This document shows, one piece after another, positions 51,151 through 62,909 of a stretch of DNA of 64,000 bases. The translations under genes and the position numbers were made by a program. Origin of the DNA: Mustelus asterias. Lineage: Eukaryota. The stretch's first letter is position 1. Every line of letters begins with the position of its first letter. The stretch is taken from assembly GCF_964213995.1 (NCBI RefSeq), contig NW_027590745.1, positions 1-64,000 on the forward strand. The letters run 5' to 3'. Under the pieces are notes generated by a model. It did not search any database. It worked only from the letters and a program-made list of their open reading frames with translations, and was not told the origin of the DNA.

Positions 51151-53684
51151 CATAAGGAGATGCATCACAAGTGAGTCTGATTCCTTTAGAAGGATCAAAG
51201 TGGATTAAAAGGTAGGATGGTTGCAGGGTTTACTTCACTTGTCTGAAGGCTTCTTTTTACTGTGTCTTCTAGTATCATCTTTGGTTTTTTTTTAATAACG
51301 CATGTAGAGGTGCCAGCATCATAGACAAGTATGGAATGAATCTCCCATAATCATTTACTATTCCAAGGAAAGACTTTCACTTGTATGCGGTGCTTCTTTA
51401 ATGGCCCTAACTTCATCTTCTATCGGATGCAATCCTTATGTATCCACTCTAAAACCCAAATAAATCACCTCATTTGACTGAAAAGTACACCCCTCTCTCT
51501 TTAGTCTTACTCCAGCTTTGCATATGTTAGACCCCAATCAACTTTGCATACAATTCCTCTATTTTAGGTATACAGCACCTGGTCAGTCTCGGCTGCCCGG
51601 TTTATTGTTACTTTGTAGTCTTCGTATATTTGTACGATCCTATCTGGTTTGATGACCGGCACAATGGGAGCTGCCCACTCTGCAAATTACATGGGCTTTA
51701 TGATGCCCAAATCTTCTAATTGTTTAAGTTTGGTCTCCACCTTCTCATGCATCAAATAAGGCATGGGCTTGGAGGGCTGAAGGGCCTGTTCCTGTGCTGT
51801 AATTTTCTTTGTTCTTTGTTAAGTCTGGCTCTATAGAATTTTGATGTAGCTTCTGGATCCACATGAACTTTGGCTTTCAAGCCTCAGATTTTGCCCAATT
51901 CATCTTGAATGCCCAATGGTATCTTCTGAGGACTTCATGTAAGCCCCCTTCATTCATTTTAAAAATTTCTAGCCAATTTAGTTACCTGAAGCCAATCTTG
52001 ACCCATCAAGCTTAGTCCTTGGCCCAGAACTACAAGTAATAGCTGTTGGGTAGATTGCCGTTTGTAACTTAGAGGTTGTTGTTGTTTCCAAGATCCGTAT
52101 AGCCTCACCCGTGTACATAGCCAGTTTGACTGCAGTATTTTTTAATCTCAGGGGTTAGACCCCTCTCAGTAGGTATCGATAAACTTGCTCTCCTACTACT
52201 GTGGTGGAGGCTCCTATCCACCTCCATTTTGAATGGACGACCATTGACCATCAGTATTATTGAGATAGGGGCTACCTTGCCCACTTTAATATTATTCAAC
52301 TTATGTACATTTGGTCCCCCTTTACAATTATTCTTCATGCTGTTCACTGGAGGTGAAATCTTGACCCTGCTAGCACCCTGCTGGACTCTGCAATTGCTTC
52401 TTACATTCCCCATTCTGCCACAGGTATAACACAGCTTCCTTGAACTTTCATTTCTTCTGGGGGTGATTTCCCCCACACCGATAGCACTCTTCCCAAATCT
52501 TGGTTTGTTGACCGAATCTCTTATACCTCTGCACTTACGCTCTGCATTTCTTTGCTTGTTAAACCCTGTGGGCATCCTTGGCGCCGCTGCCACTAGCAAC
52601 TTCCCTCCAAACTTGATGGATCTTGCATGCCTTGAAGCTCTATAGCATCCTTTTACACACTTTCCATGGCAAGGGCCATTTCTAGCGCCTTCTTTAGGGG
52701 TATTTCTGCTTCTGCCAACAGTTTTTTCCCGAATGGCAGTATTATTCACCCCACACACTAGACGGTCTCTCAACATATCATTAAGGGCAGACCCAAATTC
52801 ACAATGTCCAGCTGTTTGTCTCAATCTCGCCATGAAAGCTGCAGTCACTTCCTCAGGAGCTCTTGCTGTTGAGTTGAACTTATATCTTTGTATGATTACC
52901 AAGAACTTTGGATGATAATGCCCTTTTACTATTTCCACCAGCTGTTTGAAGGTTTGAGAGTCAGCACATCTGGAGAAGTCAAGTTCCTCATTAAATTGTA
53001 GGTTTGGGAACTGCAAGTTGTTAGAAGTATTACCCTCTTCTCCACAATCCTCTATTTCATTTGCTTTTCAAAAATATTGCTAGCTTTTGATGTATTGAAC
53101 CCAATTTTCTGAATTAGGATCAAAGGGTTGTAATTTTCAGAATAGAGGCATTGTTGTAACTTCCCGACTCTTGAATGGACCTGGCTTTAATGACTCTGCT
53201 CTGTCTATGTGGCAATTTGAAAGTTCTCTGTTGACCCTTATCACCAATGTGACATCAAAGAGTTGGTGACTCCCAAGTTTAGTAACTAAACAAACTATTT
53301 ATCATAATGAATCAACTACGTACAGAGTGCAAGAAATGTGCCACTGACTATTTGGACTCCAGTCTCAGACTGACTGAGAAAGCCCGTGCTCAGCCCTGGG
53401 ATTCGCACACTCCGGGCGCGATTGGTTGATTGGGTCACATGACCCTCCAAAACCTTGCACCCCCCCCCCCCCCCCCCCCCCGCCCCCCCGCCACTGCTGC
53501 TGATCCCTCTCCCCTCCATCCTCATTTCCCTCTTCACTCACCTGGGCCTGGGGCCCTCCTCGATCCGACACCTCAGGTGGGTGTAGTATAGTCATCGCCT
53601 CCCGGTGACATTGCTGAGTGCAGAAGAGCTTTCGGCCGTTGATTGACTGGCAGTTTTTGGTGGACATGACTTCCAACCCCCCCA

Positions 53685-53830
53685 ATGGGAGCTTGCTGTG
53701 CACAAATTGGATGGCACGTTTCCTTCATTATAAACAGTGACTACTTCAAAAGTACTTCACTGGCTGCCAAGAGCTTTGGATTGTCCTGGGCTCCTGAAAG
53801 ACACTACAGAAATGCAATCTCTTTCTTTCA
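53685..53830 (+). mobile_element. Deu-SINE 3' fragment
   Basis: tgggagcttgctgtgcacaaattgg...acagtgactacttcaaaagtacttcactggctg. Confidence 0.65.
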
Positions 53831-53943
53831 TTTCTCTCTGTTAATCTGTTAGATATTGTAGAGTGAAGCCTGACTGCAGCAATTGCTGATAAATAGCTGG
53901 CTGTCACCAGGTGAGGCATGTTGGGACTGGGTGCAGTATATGA

Positions 53944-54482
53944 TGCTACGACAACGGATGAATGAACACCGCTCGACAATCACCAGGCAGGAGTGTTCCC
54001 TTCCAGTCGGGGAGCACTTCAGCAGTCACGGGCATTTAGCCTCTGATCTCCGGGTAAGCGTTCTCCAAGGCGGCCTTCACAACACACGACAGCGCAGAGT
54101 CGCTGAGCAGAAACTGATAGCCAAGTTCCGCACACATGAGGACGGCCTCAACCGGGATCTTGGGTTCATGTCACACTATCTGTAACCCCCACGACTTGCC
54201 AGGGCTTGCAAAATCTCACTAAGTGTCCTGGCTGGAGACAATACACATCTCTTTAACCTGTGCTTAACCCTCTCTCCACTCACATTGTCTGTACCTTTAA
54301 GACTTGATTACCTGTAAAGACTTGCATTCCAACCATTATCTTGTAAATTGAGTTTGTGTCTTTATATGCCCTGTTTGTGAACACAACTCCCACTCACCTG
54401 ATGAAGGGGCCTGAGACTCTGAAAGCTAGTGCTGCCAAATAAACCTGTTGGACTTTAACCTGGTGTTGTGAGACTTATTACT
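53944..54482 (+). mobile_element. Penelope-like element 3' fragment with hammerhead core (54394-54432)
   Basis: LRQRMNEHRSTITRQECSLPVGEHF...GLNRDLGFMSHYL*; flanked by a 13-bp duplication gtgcagtatatga (53931 and 54483). Confidence 0.92.
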
Positions 54483-54823
54483 GTGCAGTATATGAATGCA
54501 GACCGCCCTACCCCAGAAAGAGGTCTTACCCACAGCACAGGGCTGTTTGTAGCTTTGTGAGTATCACTGGTAGTTTAAGCTGCTTCTCCAGAAGTGAAAG
54601 GTCAGGCGATAACCTCAGTAACTCACTCAGCTAACACTCAGCGAACCACTCCAGCCGCTCAAATTACAAGTGAGCACCCAGTGACTCATGTCTGCACTTT
54701 TAAAGCTTAAAATAAAAGCATCATTCATGGAGAGGAGGGCGGGTATGGCTCTGGCTTGGGTGAACACTGTAAGAAGTCCCACAACACCAGGTTAAAGTCC
54801 AACAGGTTTATTTGTAGCAAACG

Positions 54824-54862
54824 CCACTAGCTTTCGGAACTGGCTGTTCCTTCGTCAGGTGG
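54824..54862 (-). ncRNA. Minimal hammerhead ribozyme motif, fully paired
   Basis: ccac-CTGACGA-a-GGAAC/agcca/GTTCC-GAAA-gcta-gtgg. Confidence 0.82.
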
Positions 54863-55087
54863 GTGGGAGTTCTGCTGATCCCTCTCCCCTCCATCCTCAT
54901 TTCCCTCTTCACTCACCTGGGCCTGGGGCCCTCCTCGATCCGACACCTTAGGTGGGTGGTCACAGACAAGCTGCACATTGACGGAGTGGAATCCCTTGCG
55001 ATTCATGAATGCGCCGCGTGTCACCATGGAGCGTCATCAGACCTTTTGGGTCCTCCAAATCATCAGATGATGCACCAGAACCCCCGC

Positions 55088-55126
55088 CCGCCTGACGAAG
55101 GAACAGCCAGTTCCGAAAGCTAGTGG
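55088..55126 (+). ncRNA. Minimal hammerhead ribozyme motif
   Basis: ccgc-CTGACGA-a-GGAAC/agcca/GTTCC-GAAA-gcta-gtgg. Confidence 0.8.
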
Positions 55127-55291
55127 CGTTTGCTACAAATAAACCTGTTGGACTTTAACCTGGTGTTGTGAGACTTCTTACTGTGTTTACCCCAGTCCAA
55201 CGCCGGCATCTCCACATCTTGAGTGAACTCAAGCAGTGAACTCTAGTGAGTGAACTCGAGCAGTGCGGTGATGGATATGTCTGGTAAATCG

Positions 55292-55498
55292 GGGGTTGGT
55301 TTAGCTCAGTTGGCTGGACGGCTGGTTAGTGATACAGAGCAACGCCAGCAGCACGGGTTCAATTCCTGTACAGGCTGAGGCTTGTCAACCTTGCCCCTTG
55401 CCTGAGGTGTGAATCCTCAGATTAAATCACCATCAGTCAACTCTCCCCCTCAAAGAGCAGAGCAGCTTATGGTCATCTGTGACTATGGCGACTTTACC
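55292..55498 (+). mobile_element. tRNA-derived SINE of a second family
   Basis: A box tagctcagttgg, B box ggttcaattcc, tail gactatggcgacttta. Confidence 0.75.
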
Positions 55499-55543
55499 GT
55501 TCCCCATGTCTGGTAAATGTACTTATTTACATAAAGAAATTAG

Positions 55544-55654
55544 GGGCGAAATTCTCCAGCCTCCCAGGAGGCGTTGTTTCCTGCCGCGAGTGGGGGTGCG
55601 CTGCCAGCGGGACTGGAGAATGCTCCCAGAGTGAACAGTTGGAGAATTCCGGTC
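55544..55654. mobile_element. Harbinger-type MITE
   Basis: TIRs gggcgaaattctcc / ggagaattccggtc; TSD-like TAG/AAG. Confidence 0.7.
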
Positions 55655-56469
55655 AAGATCTTTCACAATCTTGGGAAGTTCCAAAGCTCTTTGTAACCAA
55701 TGAGGTACAGTCATTATTGTCATGCAGGGACCCTAGCAACCAATTTCTGCACAGTAAGCTCCCACAAACAGATCTTGGTTGTGGGATAAATATTGGCAAC
55801 AACACCACAGAGAACACCCCTTCTTAGATAACACTACGGAATCATTTACATTGCATTCAAAAGATGACGCCTGCATCAATTCTGTCAACCTAGTTCCCAT
55901 TTAAAATCTCCAGAGGTTTTCTAAGAGTGGATGATACCTTTTGGGATTGCCCAGGGAGCTGGCTGGAGCACTGGAATCAGCCCTATCAACAATCTGTATC
56001 ATCAGAAGGATTGAAGTGGACACAGGACTGGATGGAGTTGGTGGGAGGATTTACCCACTCGGAGTGACAGACACCTGAAAAGTTCCAACAGTTTTGGAAA
56101 TTATGGGCTGGAGTTTAACTGCTCATTGTGCTGGCTGCCGGGGAGCCCAGCAGCACATGGGGAAGCCGGAAGTTTCCGGAGAGGGTTTGTGAGTGTCTTT
56201 TTAACCCAGTCACTGCAATAGCAATCTGACTGCCTGTTGGACCAGCGGGCATGAAATAAAAACACAAAAATGCCTATTTTTCACTGAACTATGGGGATCC
56301 TGTCGGCTGAAAGTTGAAAGATTACCCAGATGTCTCAATAAAGCAGGAAATTTCAACTGCAAGAGAATATCTCACTTCACTGAAATCTCCTCCAGCTCTG
56401 ATGCCGCTGCTGTAACAGTCCACAGGAAGATTCACTCCCCAGCCAATGCAAGCAAGAAATGTGGCCCAG

Positions 56470-57075
56470 TGCGCTCTATGGTGGCACGCGGCGCATTCAT
56501 GAATCGCAAGGGATTCCACTCCCTCAATGTGCAGCTTGTCTGTGACCTCACAATGAACTTCATGCAGGTGTGAGCCCATTGCCCATGGAGCGTCCATGAC
56601 AGCTACATCTTGGGCCACTCTCAGATCCCAGCTATCTTTGAGGGAGAGCGGCAGCTGGACAGATGGCTCCTTGGGGACATTGGGTACCCACTCAGGAGGT
56701 GTCTGATGATGCGACAAACACCAGCGGAGACTCATTATAGTGAGCCTCATGCTTCAATGCGCGTGCTGATCGAGCAGGTGACTAGCCTGCTGAAGATGTG
56801 GTTCTAGTGCCTGAACCGGTCACCCCACAGAGGGTCCTCCAAATCACTGTAGTCTGCTGTGCTCTCCACAACTTGGTGCTGCCAAGAGGAGACCACCTGG
56901 ACCTGAAGGAGATGGAGGAGCACCACATCTCCCCGGATGAGGAGGACTTCGAGGAGGGCAGTGAGAGTGACCACGCAGAAGAGGAGGCGGAAGAAGCCCG
57001 GGCAATGGTCAGAGCCTGACTGGGCCGACATGCTAGGAATGGCCTCATCACATCTCGCTTCGGGGACAAGCAGGG
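56470..57075 (+). mobile_element. PIF/Harbinger DDE transposase remnant
   Basis: FMNRKGFHSLNVQLVCD, PWSVHDSYIL, WLLGDIGYPL, VLIEQVTSLLKMWF*CL, VVCCALHNL, acidic tail; contains stops. Confidence 0.92.
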
Positions 57076-57789
57076 CGAGGGAGCAACTAGCTCTCCCACC
57101 ATGGGGACTAACATCTAACCAGTGATGTGGTGCCAGCAGTGTGCTCCTATGCTTTTGTGCAGGGCACTGAAGCTATTGGCCAGACTCTGCGGGAGAACAA
57201 TGATGGCTTGCATTGAGGAAAGAGCAATGCTCCTCTCATCCTCAGCGATATGTCTGACTCCTATGAACTGAACGCGACCTGCCATCGAAAGGGCTTATCA
57301 TAGGGCTCAGAAATGTGGGCTGCGCAGCATCAGCTACTACAGGTCCCCCACCCACGTCAGAGGTCGTGGTGTTCACCTCCATCTTACAGCTGAGGTGGGC
57401 AGCCTGGCAGCACCTCAACAGCTCTTGGCCTCGTGATCACTAGAGAACACTGTTAGGCTTGAGAGGGGTGCGCTTTGACAGAGGGGGCGGTGGGGGGTTC
57501 ACCCCAACATGGCTGGGGGATGGGCTGCTGGCGGAGTGGGGCTGCCAGCAGCAGCGCCTCCTTACTGTGTTGTCGGTGTGGGAGGGACATGGCACTGCCA
57601 TTCTCACACTCCACAGGGAGGAGGAGCTGGGTGAGGCGGTGGTTCTCCAAGCTTGGAGGCATCAACAAGACAGGGTGGAGGCTCTGGGTGAACAAAATGA
57701 CATTTAATGCCAAACAATCAGTACAAAATGCTGACCTATCAACCCTGATGCCTATATTCACCCATACCCAAAGTGCCTACGGTTCCTTA

Positions 57790-60700
57790 ATCTTCCTCAT
57801 CCTCACACTGAGCCTAGGTGTATCCCCAGGATCCACAGCTAAGGTTGAGGTGGTCTGCCGACTTCCACACTCTTTTGCCTGAGATGACCTTGACGGGCAT
57901 CCCCTTGCTTCCGGGCAGCACCGATGTTTGACTGTTGCCTTCCTCCGTGTGTCACAGGGAGGGCAGTGTCAGATGGGCTGGAGACTCCCAGGGTCCCCTG
58001 GCTGGAAGGTCCCTTGACTGTACTTCTGCTGATCCTCTTCCCTTTGGGTTCCTGAGGGCCCCTGTGCTCCTCCATGGGATGGAGGGGGAGCTGGAATGAG
58101 ATCCAGAAGCGCCGCTGTCCTCTGGCACTGCCACTCATGGATTCCCACCAGTGCCTGCACCATGCAGTTGAAGCCCTGCGGCATGGAGCTCACGCCCTCC
58201 GACATGGCAGTCATGAGTTGAGCCATGGTGTGGACATTTCCTGCCATGGAATGCTCATCCTGCGGCAAGGTCTCCATTGCAGATGTCACCCTCGCAGTGT
58301 TGGCCTCAATCCGCTGCAGGGACAGCATCATTTCATTGGATAGATGGCGATGGGGTTCCTCCAATAGGCCTTGCAGTCCTTAAAGGGCTGCTTCCTGATA
58401 CTCATGACTGCGCCTTTGCAACTGCAGCAGCTGTGGGACAACCGGGCCCAGGGGTACATCATCAGCAAGGGTAAGGGGAATCCTAGGCTCCAGCATCTCT
58501 CCCCGAGTGCCAGCTACCTGGGACATCCCTGTCTCTATTTGTTAAGAATCTTCAGCTGTGAGTGTCCCAGAAACCTGTCTACTTAGTGAACCCACTGAGG
58601 TTTAAGTATCTGTTCTGGTGCCAAGTGCGGGTGCCAGCTGTGATGCCTCTTCAATGGTGGGGTTGGAGAAGTCCCCCTCTGGGCTGCTGGAGTCTGGTGG
58701 GTCCAGGTGGTCCAAGGATGGTATGGTCTGTTCTGTTGGTCGGTCTGCAAGAGAAGGGACATGGCATCAGTGCACTGCAGGGGACATGGAGGGAACATTG
58801 ATTACTCACTGGAGACTTGAGGAATGACAGCATACGTGTTGAGGATTCTCTAATTTCTCTGCTGCCCCCACAGTACCAACAGTATAGGCACAGTCTTCCT
58901 CCTCCCCAGCCAGATCGAGGGCACGCTCCTCAAAACCCGTGAGGGTTCTCAGCTCAGGCATGACTCTTGCTGGCTGCACCCGCTGACGCCTGATTGAATT
59001 TGTCCTGCAGTGACAGATGGGGAGAGTGTAAAGAACAAAGAACAATACAGCACAGGAACAGGCTCTTCGGCCCTCCAAGCCCGTGCCGCTCCCTGGTCCA
59101 AACTAGACCATTCTTTTGTATCCCTCCATTCCCACTCCGTTCATATGGCTATCTAGATAAGTCTTAAACGTTCCCAGTGTGTCCGCCTCCACCACCTTGC
59201 CTGGCAGCGCATTCCAGGCCCCCACCACCCTCTGTGTAAAATATGTCCTTCTGATATCTGTGTTAAACCTCCCCCCCTTCACCTTGAACCTATGACCCCT
59301 CGTGAACGTCACCACCGACCTGGTGAAAAGCTTCCCACCGTTCACCCTATCTATGCCTTTCATAATTTTATACACCTCTATTAACTCTCCCCTCATCCTC
59401 CGTCTTTCCAGGGAGAACAACCCCAGTTTACCCAATCTCTCCTCATAACTAAGCCCCTCCATACCAGGCAACATCCTGGTAAACCTCCTCTGTACTCTCT
59501 CCAAAGCCTCCACGTCCTTCTGGTAGTGTGGCGACCAGAACTGGATGCAGTATTCCAAATGCAGCCGAACCAACGTTCTATACATCTGCAACATCAGACC
59601 CCAACTTTTATGCACTATGCCCCGTCCTATAAAGGCAAGCATGCCATATGCCTTCTTCACCACCTTCTCCACCTGTGACGTCACCTTCAAGGATCTGTGG
59701 ACTTGTACACCCAGGTCCCTCTGCGTATCTACACCCTTTATGGTTCTGCCATTTATCGTATAGCTCCTCCCTACATTATTTCTACCAAAATGCATCACTT
59801 CGCATTTATCAGGATTGAACTCCATCTGTCATTTCTTTGCCCAAATTTCCAGCCTATCTATATCCTTCTGTAGCTTCTGACAATGCTCCTCACTATCTGC
59901 AAGTCCTGCCAATTTTGTGTCGTCCGCAAACTTACTGATCACCCCAGTTACACCTTCTTCCAGATCGTTTATATAAATCACAAACAGCAGAGGTCCCAAT
60001 ACAGAGCCCTGCGGAACACCACTAGTCACAGGCCTCCAGCCGGAAAAAGACCCTTCCACTACCACCCTCTGTCTTCTGTGACCAAGCCAGTTCTCCACCC
60101 ATCTAGCCACCTCCCCCTTTATCCCATGAGATCCAACCTTTTTCACCAGCCTACCATGAGGGACTTTGTCAAACGCTTTACTAAAGTCCATATAGACTAC
60201 ATCCACGGCCCTTCCCTCGTCAACCATTCTGGTCACTTCTTCAAAAAACTCCACCAGGTTAGTGAGGCATGACCTCCCTCTCACAAAACCATGCTGACTA
60301 TCGTTAATGAGTTTATTCCTTTCTAAATGCGCATACATCCTATCTCTAAGAATCTTCTCCAACAACTTCCCCACCACGGACGTCAAGCTCACCGGCCTAT
60401 AATTTCCCGGGTTATCCTTCCTACCCTTCTTAAATAATGGGACCACATTAGCTATCCTCCAATCCTCTGGGACCTCATCTGCATCCAGTGACGAGACAAA
60501 GATTTGCGTCAAGAGGCCCAGCGATTTCATCTCTCGTCTCCCTGAGCAGCCTTGGATAGATTCCATCAGGCCCTGGGGATTTGTCAGTCTTTATATTCTC
60601 TAACAAACCTAACACTTCCTCCCTTGTAATGGAGATTTTCTCCAACGGTTCAACACTCCCCTCCGAGACACTCCCAGTCAACACATCCCTCTCCTTTGTG

Positions 60701-61658
60701 AATACCGACGCAAAGTATTCATTTAGGATCTCCCCTACTTCTTTGGGCTTCAAGCATAATTCCCCACTTTTGTCCCTGAGAGGTCCAAATTTTTCCCTGA
60801 CAACCCTTTTGTTCCTAACGTATGAATAAAATGCCTTGGGATTCTCCTTAATCCTGTCTGCCAAGGTCATTTCGTGACCCCTTTTTGCCCTTCTAATTCC
60901 CCGTTTGAGTTCTTTCCTACTTTCTTTGTACTCCTCCAGAGCTCCCTCCGTTTTTAGCTGCCTGGACCTAACATACGCCTCTCTTTTCTTTTTGACCAGT
61001 CCCTCAATTTCCCTGGTTATCCACGGTTCTCGAATCCTACCCTTCCTATCCTTTTTTACAGGCACATGCCTGTCCTGCAGCCCTAACAACTGTTCCTTAA
61101 AAGACTCCCACATGCCAGATGTGGATTTACCCTCAAACAGCCTCTCCCAATCAAGAGCTGCCAATTTCTGCCTAATCCCACTAAAGTTAGCCTTCCCCCA
61201 ATCCAACACCTTACCCATAGGACAACACTCATCCTTTTCCATGACTATCCGAAAGTTTACAGAATTGTGGTCACTGTTCGCCACATGTTCCCCCACTGAA
61301 ACTTTGATGACCTGACCGGGCTCATTCCCCAGTACTAGGTCCAGTATAGCCCCCTCTCTAGTCGGGCTATCTACATATTGTTCCAAAGAACCAGTGGGAG
61401 ACTGGTGGAGGGGAGAATTCACTTACCCTGGCTGAGTGAAGATCATTCATCTTCTTCTGACACTGCTGCCTCCTCCTCGTCTGGTGTGCACTTGCACTGA
61501 CGAGGGCTGCTACTGCATCCCAGGCGGGGGTGGTGACCCTGCTGGAAGGCCATCTCCTGGAGTGGGGGGTAGAATGTGTCCCGCCTCTGCTCCACTCCAT
61601 CCAACATCCTGGTGAGGGCTCCCTCTGAAAAGTGAGGTGAGGCCTTCCTGGCTGTCAT
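57790..61658 (-). mobile_element. Harbinger ORF2 (Myb/SANT-like) spliced remnant, convergent with the transposase
   Basis: MTARKASPHFSEGALTRMLDGVEQRRDTFYP / WDAVAALVSA...QQCQKKMNDL; donor gtaagt at 61426; acceptor at 59005; LTGFEERALDLAG. Confidence 0.8.
59031..61391 (-). mobile_element. Young 5'-truncated CR1 LINE in the intron of Harbinger ORF2
   Basis: [41 protein letters not shown]; tail (ttctttg)n. Confidence 0.97.
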
Positions 61659-61902
61659 CCCCTGCAGTTGTGGAACAAGTTCTGGTGGAGTACTGGGGGT
61701 GCTGTAATATGGAGCTCCCCAGTGACTGCAGCAGTTAAGTTGTTGCAGGGCGGGCGTATCAGATGGATTGGTCGCAAGTGCGGTGTGATACTCGTGGGCA
61801 TAGAAGTTATTGCTAATGAGGCATAAGATTCAACTGGAAAACATGCTGGCACCGTCTGGAAAACACTCAATTTTAGTGCTGGAACCAACACTCTGTTGAA
61901 GT

Positions 61903-62203
61903 TCATTTATTAATGTCAAAAATAGGTTTACATTAACACTGCAATGGAGTTACCGTGAAAATCCCCTAGTCGCCACACTCCGGCGTCTGTTCGGGTACAT
62001 TGAGGGAGAATTTAGCATGGCCAATGCACCTAACCAACACGTCTTCCAGACTGTGGGAGGAAATCAGAGCATCCGGAAGAAACCCATGCAGACACGGGGA
62101 GAACGTGCAAACTCCACACAGACAGTGATCCAAGCCGGGAATTGAACCCAGGTCCCTGGCGCTGTGAGGCAGCAGTGCTAACCACTGTGCCACCGTGCCA
62201 CCC
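61903..62203 (-). mobile_element. HE1-type V-SINE (L2-like tail)
   Basis: Full head, body and tail. Confidence 0.9.
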
Positions 62204-62909
62204 ATTGTCCCTCCTATGAGAAGAGAGCACAGAACATCAGGGAGCGATTGAGATTTGGGGGGTGGCTCTCCAGCCGTCTCCACAGTGGCAGGTAGAGAAT
62301 AGATAAGTTGGAGATAAGTTGCATGCTTGGCCATCAGCTACCTGGTGACAGAACTAAATATCACTCAGTCACATGGCATACAGCACACACACATATTGAC
62401 TTGATGTCAGCAGCTTGTCAAATGTGACCATGCACACAGTGATGACTTAATGCCATCTTACCCTGACAATTCTTAATCACATATTCAGCTCCCACAGGCC
62501 TATCAAGCATTCAGCAGGAGGTGTTGCAGGAGAATGAAGACTCCTTGAGGAGATCACTTCCAAGGTAGTGAAAGAGAACCAGAGAGCAAAAGCCTTTCAC
62601 TTAGGCAAGGAGGCAGGTCTCAGTATTTATAGGATGTTTTGCCTGTCATTTGTTCAGCATCCCCCCGGCCCCTCAGGTTCCGCTGCCCTCGTGTCTCCCT
62701 TCCGCAGGTGAGTTCCAGGAAACCCAGGAACCCATGCAGTCAGAATTAAATTCTGAATGCTCAGCTAAACAAACACTGATTGCTTTTTGACGTTTATTCA
62801 TATGTCTCCAGGGGGTTTCCCACCTTCAGCCAAACGAGTTGAAATCAAAGCCAGAGGTTGGTGGGTTGCTGCTAGCTTCCCGGCGCACCATCAACTTCAG
62901 TCCTTTTAA

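Larger units (their letters stand above)
48412..53460 (-). mobile_element. Decayed Gypsy LTR retrotransposon with nested Penelope, SINE and CR1 tail
   Basis: LTR segments caagtttagtaactaaacaaactatt at ~48438 and ~53274; PBS-like tggtgataagg at 53236-53246; gag LNDMLRDRLVCG and CYTCGRMGNVRSNC, protease VNGRPFKMEVD, integrase HSAHPGMSKMK and PWVRLHVDFIGPF. Confidence 0.88.
54766..55217. mobile_element. Penelope-derived insertion with inverted pseudo-LTR arms around a ~200-bp mosaic core
   Basis: Arms 54766-54874 and 55076-55217; duplication cttg(g/a)gtgaac at 54755 and 55218. Confidence 0.92.

Noticed and set aside
56470-57075. Domesticated HARBI1 gene
   Set aside because: In-frame stops and deletions, and it is paired with a Myb-like ORF2 as in transposons.
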